Shown piece by piece: positions 50,196 to 61,643 of a DNA stretch of 64,000 nt. The translations under genes and the position numbers were made by a program. Source of the stretch: Gammaproteobacteria bacterium (GTDB lineage Bacteria > Pseudomonadota > Gammaproteobacteria > GCA-001735895); contig JBNKUM010000008.1 of NCBI GenBank assembly GCA_050298595.1, forward strand, positions 64,001-128,000, given 5' to 3'. Every line of letters begins with the position of its first letter. The first letter of the stretch is position 1. A model generated the notes under the pieces. The model was not told the DNA's origin, ran no database searches, and saw only the letters and a list, made by a program, of their open reading frames with translations.

Positions 50196-52307
50196 TTATT
50201 CAGCAACCTCTGCTATTTCTTCTGTAACCGCTTTCATACTCAGACGGATACGGCCCTGACGGTCAACCTCAAGAACCTTAACCTTTACCTTGTCACCTTC
50301 GGATAACTTATCGCTCACGTTTTCTACGCGCTCGTCAGAGATCTGAGAGATATGAACCAGACCATCCTTACCAGGCAGGATGTTAACAAAAGCACCAAAG
50401 TCCATTATCTTGGCTACCTTACCTTCATAGATAGCACCCACTTCAACTTCGGCAGTGACCAGTTCAACGCGGCGACGGGCTTCATCACTGGCAGACTTGT
50501 CGACCGATGAAATCTTAACCGTACCGTCATCATCAACTTCGATGGTTGCACCGGTTTCTTCAGTAATGCTACGAATAGTTGCACCACCCTTACCGATAAC
50601 ATCACGAATTTTTTCAGGGTTGATTTTGAAAGTAATCAAACGTGGTGCAAACTCAGACATCACTTCACGTGGCTTATCGATAACCTTGGCCATTTCACCA
50701 AGAATAAACAGGCGTCCTTCTTTAGCCTGGTCCAGTGCCTGAGACATAATTTCAGTAGTGATTCCATCGATCTTGATATCCATCTGTAAAGCAGTAACGC
50801 CTTCAGTAGTACCAGCAACCTTAAAATCCATATCACCCAGATGATCTTCATCACCCAGGATATCGGTTAATACTGCGAAATCATCACCTTCTTTAATCAG
50901 ACCCATAGCAATACCAGCGACTGGCGCCTTAATAGGCACACCGGCATCCATCAACGACAGGCTGCTTCCACAAACTGAAGCCATGGAAGAAGAACCATTT
51001 GATTCAGTGATTTCTGAAACTACACGAATAACATATGGAAACTCGTCCTGGTTAGGCATAACTGCTGCAACACCACGCTTGGCTAAACGACCATGACCAA
51101 TTTCGCGACGCTTGGGCGTACCAACACGACCCACTTCACCTACACAGGATGGTGGGAAGTTGTAATGCAGCATGAAAGGCTCTTTACGCTCGCCTTCGAT
51201 TGCATCGATAATTTGAGCATCACGGCCAGTACCTAAGGTAGTTACAACCAGAGCCTGGGTTTCACCACGAGTGAAGACAACTGAGCCATGAGTACGTGGT
51301 AACACACCAGTACGAACCGTAATAGGGCGAACAGTTCTGGTATCTCGACCATCGATACGATTTTCACCAGCGATGATACGACCACGAACCAGTTTCTTTT
51401 CGATTTTAGAGATGGCTGCTCGAACATCAGCTTCAGCAGGTGAACCTTCCTCGCCAGTTACTAAAGCCGCAACGGTTTCATTGCGAATTTCAGCTAGACG
51501 ATCCTGACGATCCAGTTTATTAGCGATGGTATAAGCACTTGCTACCGCTTCAGAACACTGAGCTGCCACTTTTTCAGCCAGAGATTCATCAGATTCAGGA
51601 GCATTCCATTCCCACGCTGGATTATTTACTTCTGCAGCAAACTCGTTAATCGCTGTAATGACAGTCTGCAGTTGTTCATGGCCATAAACCACAGAACCCA
51701 GCATGACTTCTTCCGACAACATATTTGCTTCTGACTCAACCATCAGTACCGCTTTATCAGTACCAGCAACTACCAGATCCAGATCGGAATCTTTTAGCTG
51801 ACTGTTGGTTGGATTTAGTATGTACTGCCCATCTTTGTAACCCACCCTGGCTGCGCCTATCGGGCCGTTGAATGGCATGCCAGAGATAGCTACTGCGGCA
51901 GATGCGCCAATCAGTGCAGGGATATCAGGATCGATTTCGCTATTCATGGAAACCACGGTAGCAACGATCTGAACTTCATTCTGGAATCCTTTAGGAAACA
52001 GAGGACGTAGTGGTCTGTCGATTAAACGACAGGTTAAGGTTTCTTTCTCACTTGGACGACCTTCGCGCTTGAAAAAACCACCGGGGATTTTGCCTGCAGC
52101 ATAAGTTTTTTCCTGATAGTCCACAGTCAGTGGGAAAAAGTCACGACCTGGAACTGCATCTTTCATACCTACAACGGTAACGAAGACTACGGTATCGCCC
52201 ATATTAACGAATACTGCACCACTCGCCTGACGCGCAATTTCTCCAGTCTCTAATGTAACCGTATGCCCGCCGTACTGAAATGTCTTTTTTATTGGATTCA
52301 CAATCAT
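50196..52307 (-). CDS. pnp: polyribonucleotide nucleotidyltransferase
   Basis: [26 protein letters not shown] and S1 domains. Confidence 0.99.
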   Translation of the reverse strand: MIVNPIKKTFQYGGHTVTLETGEIARQASGAVFVNMGDTVVFVTVVGMKDAVPGRDFFPLTVDYQEKTYAAGKIPGGFFKREGRPSEKETLTCRLIDRPLRPLFPKGFQNEVQIVATVVSMNSEIDPDIPALIGASAAVAISGMPFNGPIGAARVGYKDGQYILNPTNSQLKDSDLDLVVAGTDKAVLMVESEANMLSEEVMLGSVVYGHEQLQTVITAINEFAAEVNNPAWEWNAPESDESLAEKVAAQCSEAVASAYTIANKLDRQDRLAEIRNETVAALVTGEEGSPAEADVRAAISKIEKKLVRGRIIAGENRIDGRDTRTVRPITVRTGVLPRTHGSVVFTRGETQALVVTTLGTGRDAQIIDAIEGERKEPFMLHYNFPPSCVGEVGRVGTPKRREIGHGRLAKRGVAAVMPNQDEFPYVIRVVSEITESNGSSSMASVCGSSLSLMDAGVPIKAPVAGIAMGLIKEGDDFAVLTDILGDEDHLGDMDFKVAGTTEGVTALQMDIKIDGITTEIMSQALDQAKEGRLFILGEMAKVIDKPREVMSEFAPRLITFKINPEKIRDVIGKGGATIRSITEETGATIEVDDDGTVKISSVDKSASDEARRRVELVTAEVEVGAIYEGKVAKIMDFGAFVNILPGKDGLVHISQISDERVENVSDKLSEGDKVKVKVLEVDRQGRIRLSMKAVTEEIAEVAE

Positions 52308-52327
52308 CCCTCAATTTTTGGTGCGTT

Positions 52328-52597
52328 TTAGCGGCGTAGGCCTAATTTAGTGATCAGGTCTTTATAACGATCCTGATTCTTGGATTTCAGATAATCCAGT
52401 AGTTTACGACGCTGGTTAACCATACGTAATAGACCACGACGCGAATGATGATCATGAATATGATACTTAAAATGCTCAGTCAGATGACTGATCTGATGTG
52501 ATAATAATGCTACCTGTACTTCTGGTGAACCTGTGTCACCTTCGCCTTGCGCATGCTCGGCAATAATTGAACTCTTCTGTTCAGCTGACATTGACAT
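52328..52597 (-). CDS. rpsO: 30S ribosomal protein S15
   Basis: [21 protein letters not shown]; 89 aa from ATG 52597 with GAGG RBS. Confidence 0.99.
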   Translation of the reverse strand: MSMSAEQKSSIIAEHAQGEGDTGSPEVQVALLSHQISHLTEHFKYHIHDHHSRRGLLRMVNQRRKLLDYLKSKNQDRYKDLITKLGLRR

Positions 52598-52634
52598 TGT
52601 CAAAAACCTCTAAGTGGACCCGAAAAAGGGGGGT

Positions 52635-52663
52635 ATTCTACCTATGTGGAGCTCCCGTAACAA
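52635..52663 (-). promoter_or_regulatory. sigma70 promoter for rpsO-pnp
   Basis: TTGTTA-17 bp-TAGAAT. Confidence 0.6.
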
Positions 52664-52702
52664 GCACTATAAGTCCTTATTAGACGGGCGTTTAATTAAA
52701 TC

Positions 52703-53623
52703 TTAAGTGCGCAGCATACGTTTTGGGGCAACCCGACCATCCGCAAGGATAATCCCGGCACCAATGAAGCCTTTTGCTTCATCCAGTAATCGTACATATC
52801 CGGAAGTCGGCGACCTCGGAACCTGCACTGGCTGACCCTGTCGCAAATAGAAACTAAGGTCATTACTCAACTCGATGGCAGGCCAGTCAGAGATGGCTGC
52901 TTCCATCGGTAACAGGCAATCATCTAATTGCTGATTTGCATCATCTGCAATATCACGCAACTCATCAAGGGTGTAACTTTTCATATCCCAGAATGGCTGA
53001 ACCCCGGTGCGCTCAAGTGCTGCCAAATAGGCGCCACAGCCCAGTTGTTGTCCAATATCTTCTGCCAGCGTGCGGATATAAGTGCCCTTGGAACAATGCA
53101 CATCAAGTTCCAGTTGGTCACCTTCGAAGCTTACGATATCCAGGCTATAGATTTCAATTTCTCTGCTCTTACGTTCCACCTCTATACCCTGACGCGCCAG
53201 GGTATAAAGACGCTCACCCTGATGTTTCACCGCCGAATACATGGGTGGAGTCTGCTGAATCTTGCCGATGAACTGCTGGATAACCTGCTGCAGCTGAGAC
53301 TCTGTTACCTCAACCGGTAACAATGGACTGATTTCACCCTCACCATCCCCCGTTGAACTGGTCTGTCCTAACTGGCAAAGCGCGCGGTAGGATTTGGAGG
53401 CATCCAGCAGATAACCGGAAAATTTTGTCGCCTCTCCAAAACACACGGGTAGTAGTCCAGTTGCCAGCGGATCCAGACTTCCCGTATGACCGGCCTTATT
53501 GGCCTTAAACAGATTGCGTGCAACCTGTAATGCTTTGTTTGAGGATAATCCGGTGGGTTTATTCAGTAACAGGATACCGTCGACATCACGGTAGCCATGA
53601 GGTTTTCTTGCTCGACGACCCAT
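52703..53623 (-). CDS. truB: tRNA pseudouridine(55) synthase
   Basis: KAGHTGSLDPLATG, CSKGTYIRTL. Confidence 0.98.
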   Translation of the reverse strand: MGRRARKPHGYRDVDGILLLNKPTGLSSNKALQVARNLFKANKAGHTGSLDPLATGLLPVCFGEATKFSGYLLDASKSYRALCQLGQTSSTGDGEGEISPLLPVEVTESQLQQVIQQFIGKIQQTPPMYSAVKHQGERLYTLARQGIEVERKSREIEIYSLDIVSFEGDQLELDVHCSKGTYIRTLAEDIGQQLGCGAYLAALERTGVQPFWDMKSYTLDELRDIADDANQQLDDCLLPMEAAISDWPAIELSNDLSFYLRQGQPVQVPRSPTSGYVRLLDEAKGFIGAGIILADGRVAPKRMLRT

Positions 53624-53625
53624 AA

Positions 53626-53997
53626 TTATTCCTGTGTGGAATTTGCCTTATCTTTTGCAATAACAGAGTCGATAAGCTCATCCATGCTGCGTCCACGAAT
53701 ATCGGTATCGTCGAAGATAAATGTAAGTTTTGGTGTGATGCGCGCCTTGATTGTGCGCCCAATCTCGTGCTGTAAAAAACCCGCCGCATGAGTTAACGCC
53801 TGTTGCGTGGTTTCTGCATCCTGTGGATCAAGCACACTGAAATACACCCTGGCCAGAGACAGGTCTCGAGTCACCGTAACATCCAGAATACTGGGGTGCG
53901 CAATTCGAGGATCCTTAAGCGATTTGCTGATCAACGATGACAGCTCGCGATGAATCTGCGAAGCCAGTCGATCGCTACGTGAAAAATCTTTTGCCAT
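53626..53997 (-). CDS. rbfA: ribosome-binding factor A
   Basis: KDPR, DLSLARVY, PKLTFIFD; follows infB. Confidence 0.96.
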   Translation of the reverse strand: MAKDFSRSDRLASQIHRELSSLISKSLKDPRIAHPSILDVTVTRDLSLARVYFSVLDPQDAETTQQALTHAAGFLQHEIGRTIKARITPKLTFIFDDTDIRGRSMDELIDSVIAKDKANSTQE

Positions 53998-54010
53998 GAT
54001 TAGCTGTTGC

Positions 54011-56614
54011 TTACTCGATGGTCCGGGCTACCTGCACCCGGTCGAATACTTCGATCTGATCACCAGGCTTCACGTCGTTATAATTCTTAACCGCGATACC
54101 ACACTCGGTGCCGTTACGTACTTCTTCCACATCATCCTTAAAGCGTCGTAAGGATTCAAGTTCACCTTCGTAGATAACAACGTTATCACGTAGTACACGA
54201 ATTGGCTTACCACGCTTGACCGTACCTTCGATAACCATGGATCCTGCAACCGCGCCAAACTTGGGTGATTTGAATACATCCTTAACCTCAGCCAGACCGA
54301 TAATGCTTTCCTGGGTTTCAGGAGATAACAGACCACTCATGGCCGCCTTAACATCATCGATGACTTCGTAGATGACACTGTAATAACGAATATCGATACC
54401 ATAGTCACCCGCAATACGTTTGGCTGAAGCATCAGCACGAACGTTAAAACCAATAACCAGTGCACCAGAAGCCGCAGCCAGGTTGATATCCGATTCATTA
54501 ATACCACCGACACCGGTTCCAACCAGAACTACTTTAACCTCACTGGTAGATAATTTGGTCAAAGCATCATTGAGGGCCTCTGAAGAACCCTGCACATCAC
54601 ACTTAACCAGCAGGTTGAGATCAGCAACATCACCTTCAGTCATGGCATCAAACATGCCCTGAATCTTGGCCTTTTGCTGTTCAGCCAGGCGTGATTCACG
54701 GATACGAGTTTCACGTGTCTGCGCAATCTCACGTGCGCGGCGCTCATTCTCGACTACGAATACTTCATCACCTGCTTTAGGGGTACCTGATAATCCAAGA
54801 ACCACAACGGGTATGGATGGACCGGCACTCTTAATCATTTTGGCGCCTTCATCGTACATCGCGCGAACTCGACCAAATTCGGTGCCTGCCAGCAGGATCT
54901 GACCTTTTTCAAGCATACCTGACTGAACCAGAACCGTAGCCACAGGACCGCGTCCTTTATCTAGTGAAGCTTCAATCACTATACCCTTAGCAAGACCTGT
55001 ATCTGATGCCTGTAGCTCGAGAACCTCTGACTGTAGCAGTATAGCTTCCAGCAGATCGTCAATACCTTCACCGGTATGCGCAGAGACATTGACGAACATA
55101 TGCTCGCCACCCCATTCTTCCGGGATAACCTCAACGGCTGATAATTCGTTACGTACACGATCGGGATCAGCATTTTCCTTATCAATTTTATTGACTGCAA
55201 CAATCAGTGGTACACCTGCTGCCTTAGCATGCTGAATAGCTTCCTTGGTTTGCGGCATAACACCATCATCAGCGGCCACCACCAGTATGACCACGTCCGT
55301 AGCCTGAGCACCACGTGCTCGCATAGCAGAGAACGCGGCGTGTCCAGGTGTATCCAGAAAGGTAATCACACCTTGAGGTGTTTCTACATGATAGGCACCA
55401 ATATGCTGGGTAATACCACCCGCCTCACCTGAGGCGACACGAGTTTTTCGAATGTGATCGAGTAAGGAGGTTTTACCATGGTCAACATGACCCATGATAG
55501 TAACCACGGGTGGACGTGAAACCAGGTGTTCATCGCTAGCTTCGGTGCTTTTCTGCAGCAGTTCTTCTTCAAAGTTGTCACCTTTCGCTGTAACCGCATT
55601 GTGACCCATCTCTTCAACCAGCAAGATTGCCGTATCCTGATCAAGCATCTGGTTAATGGTTGCCATTGTGCCCATTTGCATCAATGCCTTGATGACATCA
55701 CCCGCTTTGATGGCCATTTTCTGTGCCAACTCAGCTACCGAGATAGCATCAGGGATTTCAACAGTACGCACCACCGGTGCTGTTGGCTTTTCAAACCCAT
55801 GCACGTTCTCAGGTATAGATGAAGACGGCCTTAGATTCTTTTTACCCTTACCTTTACGCGAACCTTGATCGGCACCACTCTTTACATGTAATTCTTTTCG
55901 ACCGTAACGTGTTTTATTATCAGCTGCCGATTTACGTTTGGTTTTGGTAGTTCGGGATTTGTCATCAGTCGTTTCTGTTTTGATTACTGGTTCAGCTTCA
56001 GCTGCAGCAGCGGCGGCAGCGGCGGCAGTTGCCTCAGCTTCAGACGCTACAACCTGTTTTGCAATGGCCATCATTTCACGTTCCAGCCGCTCACGCTCTA
56101 TGGCTTCTCGTGCTTCCAGTTCTTCTTTAATGCGTTGCTCTTCTTCTGCCTTTATACGGGCTTCTTCTGCTTCGCGTGCAAGCCTTTCCTGCTCAGCCAG
56201 TCGAGCTGCTTCATCTGCCTGTTGTTTGGCAATCAGGGCTTCCTGCTGCTGTTTCCTGGTTTCTTCATCAATTTCTTGTGGAACCTCTTCAGGTTCGACT
56301 TCAGCACGACGGATATAGGTGCGCTTTTTGCGCACTTCAACATTGATAGAGCGCGATGTAGTATTTCTACCAGTAGTACCAGTTACACGAATTTCAGACT
56401 TGCTTTTTCGTTGCAAGGTAATTTTCTTGGGACCTTCGACTTTATCCTTACCATGATGTGAGCGTAAAGATTCAAGCAAGGTCATTTTATCTTCATCAGA
56501 AATAGGATCATCGGCTCCAGACACCTTTACGCCTGCTTCACGTAATTGCTCCAATAAGCGGTCAACAGAAACCCCTACGACTTCTGAAAGTTGTTTTGCT
56601 GTGACTTTTGACAT
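54011..56614 (-). CDS. infB: translation initiation factor IF-2
   Basis: [18 protein letters not shown]. Confidence 0.99.
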   Translation of the reverse strand: MSKVTAKQLSEVVGVSVDRLLEQLREAGVKVSGADDPISDEDKMTLLESLRSHHGKDKVEGPKKITLQRKSKSEIRVTGTTGRNTTSRSINVEVRKKRTYIRRAEVEPEEVPQEIDEETRKQQQEALIAKQQADEAARLAEQERLAREAEEARIKAEEEQRIKEELEAREAIERERLEREMMAIAKQVVASEAEATAAAAAAAAAEAEPVIKTETTDDKSRTTKTKRKSAADNKTRYGRKELHVKSGADQGSRKGKGKKNLRPSSSIPENVHGFEKPTAPVVRTVEIPDAISVAELAQKMAIKAGDVIKALMQMGTMATINQMLDQDTAILLVEEMGHNAVTAKGDNFEEELLQKSTEASDEHLVSRPPVVTIMGHVDHGKTSLLDHIRKTRVASGEAGGITQHIGAYHVETPQGVITFLDTPGHAAFSAMRARGAQATDVVILVVAADDGVMPQTKEAIQHAKAAGVPLIVAVNKIDKENADPDRVRNELSAVEVIPEEWGGEHMFVNVSAHTGEGIDDLLEAILLQSEVLELQASDTGLAKGIVIEASLDKGRGPVATVLVQSGMLEKGQILLAGTEFGRVRAMYDEGAKMIKSAGPSIPVVVLGLSGTPKAGDEVFVVENERRAREIAQTRETRIRESRLAEQQKAKIQGMFDAMTEGDVADLNLLVKCDVQGSSEALNDALTKLSTSEVKVVLVGTGVGGINESDINLAAASGALVIGFNVRADASAKRIAGDYGIDIRYYSVIYEVIDDVKAAMSGLLSPETQESIIGLAEVKDVFKSPKFGAVAGSMVIEGTVKRGKPIRVLRDNVVIYEGELESLRRFKDDVEEVRNGTECGIAVKNYNDVKPGDQIEVFDRVQVARTIE

Positions 56615-56676
56615 CTATATATGATCCTGATTCTTGTGTTTACTTACTTTTCTTGCCTACTTGGTCGAGCCTGACG

Positions 56677-58179
56677 CTACTCAGCTTCCTCAGCAAACCA
56701 GGGTTCACGCGCTTTCATAATGAGTTGCGCGGCAAAATCCTTATCGATCCCTTCCAGTTCTTCAAGATCGTCTACTGCCTGCTCTGCCAAATCTTCCATC
56801 GTACAAATTCCATTTTTTGCCAGCACTGAAGCCAGTTCAGGCGTCATAAATTCCATACTCAGCAAATCTTCCTGTGCTTCACCCGGTTCATCGCCTTCCT
56901 CACTGGCTATCGCCTGCGTTAACAGCGCATCGCGTGCACGTCGGCGTAACTCTTCGACAATCTCTTCATCAAACTCTTCAATTTCCAGTAATTCAGATAC
57001 CGGAACATAGGCAACCTCATCCACCGAAGACAGCCCTTCCTGTACCAGAATAACCGCAACCTCTTCATCTACATCCAGCTGATCCATAAAGACCTGTGCC
57101 AGCTTGCGTGTTTCGGTTTCTGATTTTTCAGCGGCCTCTGCCTCATCCATAATATTCAACGTCCAGCCTGTCAGCTGGCTAGCCAGTTTAATATTCTGAC
57201 CACCACGCCCAATTGCCTGTGATAATTTATCGGTTGGGACTGCGATATCCATCACACCAGATTCTTCATCGATTACGATTGAGGTTACTTCAGCTGGTGA
57301 CATGGCATTGACTACAAATTGAGCAGGATTCTCATCCCATAGAATGATATCAACTCTTTCGCCAGCTAACTCATTGGATACTGATTGTACACGAGATCCA
57401 CGCATACCTACGCAGGCACCAACAGGATCCATACGATTATCATTACTTTTCACAGCAATCTTGGCTCGTAAGCCTGGATCACGTGCAGCTGCACGGATTT
57501 CAATGAGATCCTGACCCACTTCAGGGACTTCAAGTTTAAATAACTCAACAAGAAATTCTGGTGCAGTTCGACTGATGAAAAGCTGAGGGCCTCTGAGTTC
57601 GGCAGCTACTTTATAAAGTAACCCACGGATACGATCACCAGATCTAACCGACTCACGAGGTATTAACTCTTCACGTGGAATAAAGCCTTCAGCATTTTCA
57701 CCCAGATCGACATAGACATTGCCGCGTTCTACACGCTTTACCTGCCCCATCACTAAAGTGCCGATACGATCCATATAGGCATCGACCACCTTCTGGCGTT
57801 CTGCTTCACGCACCTTCTGTACAATAACCTGTTTAGCTGTCTGAGCTGCAATACGACCAAATTCTACCGACTCAATCTGCTCTTCGATCATATCACCAAC
57901 CTGAATATTGGGATCATCGATCTGTGCTGCTTCCAGAGTAATCTGCTTAAGCGGCTCTTCCATGCCATTCTCACCAGATTCAACCACTTCCCAGTATCGA
58001 TAGGTATCGTAATGCCCGGTTTTGCGATTGATATCAACACGCACACCAATTTCTTTCTGATGTTTTTTACGTGTAGCGGATGCCAGTGCTGCTTCGATTG
58101 CCTGAAAAATGATTTCGCGATCGACGCCTTTTTCGTTCGATACGGTATCAGCAACTAACAGGATTTCTTTATTTTCCAT
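56677..58179 (-). CDS. nusA: transcription factor NusA
   Basis: FGRIAAQTAKQ, S1 and KH domains, acidic repeats. Confidence 0.99.
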   Translation of the reverse strand: MENKEILLVADTVSNEKGVDREIIFQAIEAALASATRKKHQKEIGVRVDINRKTGHYDTYRYWEVVESGENGMEEPLKQITLEAAQIDDPNIQVGDMIEEQIESVEFGRIAAQTAKQVIVQKVREAERQKVVDAYMDRIGTLVMGQVKRVERGNVYVDLGENAEGFIPREELIPRESVRSGDRIRGLLYKVAAELRGPQLFISRTAPEFLVELFKLEVPEVGQDLIEIRAAARDPGLRAKIAVKSNDNRMDPVGACVGMRGSRVQSVSNELAGERVDIILWDENPAQFVVNAMSPAEVTSIVIDEESGVMDIAVPTDKLSQAIGRGGQNIKLASQLTGWTLNIMDEAEAAEKSETETRKLAQVFMDQLDVDEEVAVILVQEGLSSVDEVAYVPVSELLEIEEFDEEIVEELRRRARDALLTQAIASEEGDEPGEAQEDLLSMEFMTPELASVLAKNGICTMEDLAEQAVDDLEELEGIDKDFAAQLIMKAREPWFAEEAE

Positions 58180-58195
58180 CGTAAGTCTCTAAGGG

Positions 58196-58639
58196 TTAAA
58201 CCTGTCCAATCAGATTGGCTTTGGCGATATCATGAAATGGTAATTCGAAGGTTTCATTATCAACTTCGATAAAAACTTGATCTTTTTCAATACCTTGCAA
58301 AGTACCACTAAAATTTTTACGTCCATCCAGTGCGACACCAAGTTTGATTTTTGCCTGCAAACCGGAAAATCTCTGATAATCGTCTTGTTTAAATAAGGGT
58401 CGGTTAATACCTGGTGAGGACACCTCCAGGTCGTAGCCCTGGCTTATCGGATCTTCAACATCTAGCAAAGCAGAGATCTGTCGACTTACCGCTGCGCAGT
58501 CATCAACCACTATGCCATTTTCGTGATCGATATAAATGCGTAAAAGCCCATGATGTTCACTACCATGAAACTCAACACCGACCAGCTCGAAGCCCATCGA
58601 TTCAACAACTGGTAAAAATAAGTCTGTTAAATCCTGCAA
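58196..58639 (-). CDS. rimP: ribosome maturation factor
   Basis: LRIYID, LEVSSPG..RPL; TTG start with GGGGA RBS. Confidence 0.97.
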   Translation of the reverse strand: MQDLTDLFLPVVESMGFELVGVEFHGSEHHGLLRIYIDHENGIVVDDCAAVSRQISALLDVEDPISQGYDLEVSSPGINRPLFKQDDYQRFSGLQAKIKLGVALDGRKNFSGTLQGIEKDQVFIEVDNETFELPFHDIAKANLIGQV

Positions 58640-58675
58640 ATGAATCCCCGGTCATACCGACTAAAATTTAAAGCA

Positions 58676-58701
58676 ATAAAAAAGGCCCATAAAGGGCCTT
58701 C
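58676..58701 (-). terminator. rimP leader hairpin/attenuator
   Basis: AAGGCCC-TTTAT-GGGCCTTTTTATT between the tRNA and rimP, as seen in gammaproteobacterial rimP leaders. Confidence 0.65.
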
Positions 58702-58762
58702 CGTAAAAACAAGCATCTGTTTTTTTGCGCTAAAACTACAAAAATTCAGGCCATAAAATGTT

Positions 58763-58839
<77 letters not shown>

Positions 58840-58852
58840 TCAGAGGAGCGAG

Positions 58853-58881
58853 ATTTTAGCGATGTTGTCCGCATAATACAA
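58853..58881 (-). promoter_or_regulatory. sigma70 promoter for tRNA-fMet-rimP-nusA-infB
   Basis: TTGTAT-17 bp-TAAAAT. Confidence 0.65.
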
Positions 58882-58969
58882 GCGCTTTTCAAGACTATCT
58901 TACTTATCATCAGGATACTTACTAATTAAAGCCACTATCCTGTACTAGAAAGGCTGGTCGATATTGTTT

Positions 58970-60025
58970 TTACTGGCTAATGTTATAGAGAGTCTGGGTC
59001 GGAAAGGCAAACTCCAGTCCCTTTTCATTAAACAACCGCAGAATCTGAAGATTAATTTCAGATTGCGTACCTGCGATGCTTTCACTCTTTTTAATATAAT
59101 AAATAAAAGTGATATTCATCGAAAAATCACCAAACCCACTAAAGAAAACCGTAGCGTCTTCCTCAGTTGAGGCATTACTCTGATTAATCTGTGTCAGCGT
59201 ATCCATGGCATTTTGCATTTGATCTGGTTGGGTATCATAGGTCAGCCCCAGAGAGACTACGACTTTACGCGACGGCTCCCAGCTGATGTTTTCTACCGGT
59301 GCATCAGCAAATTTTGCATTCGGCATTGTGACGATGCGCCCTTCCAGTGTTTTTAGACGCGTGCTGCGAACACCAATTTCAATGACGGTTCCATCGTAAC
59401 CCGCCACCTTGATTCGATCTCCTATCTTAAAGGGTTGGTCGGTGAATATGGTCACGCCGCCAAACACATTGGATACCGTATCTTTTGCTGCCATGGCTAG
59501 TGCCAAACCACCAATACCCAACCCTGCGATAAGAGCCGCAACATCATAGCCTGCATTATTCAGACCGATGATGATGGCCATTGCCCAGATAATCATCTTG
59601 ACGCCTTTACTGATAATGGGCATCAGCTGATCGTCAAGGTCATTTTCGGACTTGTCTGCTAAAGGCTTCAGGTATTGTTTATAAAAGGCATCAAACAGAC
59701 GGCTTAACAACCAGCCTACCAGTAATGCGAAAATGACCTGGTAAGCATTCGCAATCACTTTATTTATAACATCCGGTAAGGTCAGCATACGTAAGGCCAT
59801 CCAGATACCCATTACGACAACCATAAAAACCACTGGCTCTTCAACCAGGTCGATGATTACATCGTCCACCTGAGATTTACTGCGAGCAGTAAACACACGT
59901 ACAAACCTTGAAAAAACCCAGTACAGCACCTTACCAAACATTATCGACATCACCACGATCACCATTGTGATGAGCCAGGTCTGAAGGGTGTTACCGTAAT
60001 AGCTTTGTGTGAGTAGATCCTGCAT
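58970..60025 (-). CDS. small-conductance mechanosensitive channel (MscS family)
   Basis: GLGIGGLALAMAAKD, PFKIGD, IGVRST, FAFPTQ; AGGAG RBS before ATG 60025. Confidence 0.93.
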   Translation of the reverse strand: MQDLLTQSYYGNTLQTWLITMVIVVMSIMFGKVLYWVFSRFVRVFTARSKSQVDDVIIDLVEEPVVFMVVVMGIWMALRMLTLPDVINKVIANAYQVIFALLVGWLLSRLFDAFYKQYLKPLADKSENDLDDQLMPIISKGVKMIIWAMAIIIGLNNAGYDVAALIAGLGIGGLALAMAAKDTVSNVFGGVTIFTDQPFKIGDRIKVAGYDGTVIEIGVRSTRLKTLEGRIVTMPNAKFADAPVENISWEPSRKVVVSLGLTYDTQPDQMQNAMDTLTQINQSNASTEEDATVFFSGFGDFSMNITFIYYIKKSESIAGTQSEINLQILRLFNEKGLEFAFPTQTLYNISQ

Positions 60026-60123
60026 AAAAACTCCTACTGCCAAGTAGCCTGTAAAAAATGCCGAAGCATATCAAAAATTAAAAGCCAGGTTGATATACTG
60101 TTCATGTTTTTAATGGGATAAAC

Positions 60124-60155
60124 AAAAAAACCTGAACAGCTGCTCAGGTTTTTTT
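60124..60155. terminator. nuo operon terminator (bidirectional shape)
   Basis: A7-cctgaaca-gc-tgctcagg-T7. Confidence 0.8.
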
Positions 60156-60182
60156 AAAAAATGTTCGAACTTAGATATTTAG

Positions 60183-61631
60183 TCAGGCAAAGGCAGCGGT
60201 ACACCATGCCATTAATAATGAAGGAAACAGACCAAGAACAATCAGGCTCAAGCTGTTGGCACTCAACAGGATCTTCACATCAAGAGATTGTTTGATAGTA
60301 ATTTGCTGATCTTCATCTGGCTTATCAAAATACATTACCTTGATAACTCGTAGGTAATAAAACAGCCCTATCACCGAGAACAGTACAGCTGCAATTGCCA
60401 GCCAGAGCAGATCTATTTGCACCACGGCATTAATCACGGTCAGCTTGGCATAGAAACCTACGGTTGGAGGTACACCGGCCATGGAAAACAATGCGATTGC
60501 CAACAATGCTGCATACCAGGGATTTTGATCATTCAAGCCTTTAAGGTCAGCGATTTCACCTGCTTCAAATCCTGCACGGTTGAGCAGCATGATGATTGCA
60601 AAAGCAACGGATGAAGTAATAGCATAGGTAAGGGTATAAAACATGGCTGCGGATAAGCCTGTCTCACTGGCAGACAACAGACCTAGCAGAATGAAACCAA
60701 CATGTGAAATGGTGGAATATGCCAGCATACGTTTAAAATTGGTTTGTGCGATAGCGATAATATTACCAACTGCCATGGATGCTACTGATAACACTATCAG
60801 CATCTGCGACCAGTCAACCTGTAGATCGGATAAACCATCGATAAGTAAGCGAATGGCCATTGCAAAACCTGCTATCTTGGGCGCAGTTCCAATGAAAAGA
60901 GTAACCGAGGTTGGTGAACCCTGATACACATCGGGCAACCACATATGAAATGGCACCGCACCCAATTTGAATGACAGCCCAACGACTATGAAAGTCAGGG
61001 CAAATGCCAGTAATACAGGATTACTTGCTGCCTGCGCTTTGATTGATGCTGCCAGCGTGGTGATATCCAGAGTACCAGTGATGCCATAAAAGATTGAAAT
61101 CCCGTATAGCAAAATACCGGAGGCCAGTGCACCCAGCACAAAGTATTTCATTGCAGCTTCGGAGGCAGCCATCGATTTACGATTGAAAGCGATCATCGCA
61201 TACAGAGACAGAGATAGAAGCTCCAGTCCCAGATAGATCAGCAGAAAACTATGAGCTGAGATCATAATCATCATACCCAGCACTGCAAACAGGCCCAATA
61301 CATAGTATTCGCCTTTATAGATCCCCAGATCCTTCAGGTAATCACGCGAGTAGACAAACACCAGAAAGGTCACTGCATATACAGAAAGCTTCAAAGTAAC
61401 CGCAAGCTGATCCAGAATAAAAGTACCCTGGAAGGTGGAAACCGCAGTAGCGGGTGCGACATACAGAGTACTAAAAGCTACCAATACCAGAGTCAATAAA
61501 GATAGCAATAAGGTAAAACCTCGTTTTTCCTGAGGCAGAAACAGATCAACAACCAGAACCACACAGGCCATGGCTAGCATCACCATCTCTGGGAGTGCTG
61601 GTAACAGATCAGGCTGGATAAAAGGCATCAT
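60183..61631 (-). CDS. nuoN: NADH-quinone oxidoreductase subunit N
   Basis: EAAMKYF, FKLGAVPFHMWLPDVY, KRMLAYSTISH. Confidence 0.98.
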   Translation of the reverse strand: MMPFIQPDLLPALPEMVMLAMACVVLVVDLFLPQEKRGFTLLLSLLTLVLVAFSTLYVAPATAVSTFQGTFILDQLAVTLKLSVYAVTFLVFVYSRDYLKDLGIYKGEYYVLGLFAVLGMMIMISAHSFLLIYLGLELLSLSLYAMIAFNRKSMAASEAAMKYFVLGALASGILLYGISIFYGITGTLDITTLAASIKAQAASNPVLLAFALTFIVVGLSFKLGAVPFHMWLPDVYQGSPTSVTLFIGTAPKIAGFAMAIRLLIDGLSDLQVDWSQMLIVLSVASMAVGNIIAIAQTNFKRMLAYSTISHVGFILLGLLSASETGLSAAMFYTLTYAITSSVAFAIIMLLNRAGFEAGEIADLKGLNDQNPWYAALLAIALFSMAGVPPTVGFYAKLTVINAVVQIDLLWLAIAAVLFSVIGLFYYLRVIKVMYFDKPDEDQQITIKQSLDVKILLSANSLSLIVLGLFPSLLMAWCTAAFA

Positions 61632-61643
61632 ATCTAACTTTAC

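Noticed and set aside
55995-56045. Poly-Ala run in infB
   Set aside because: Ordinary low-complexity IF-2 linker
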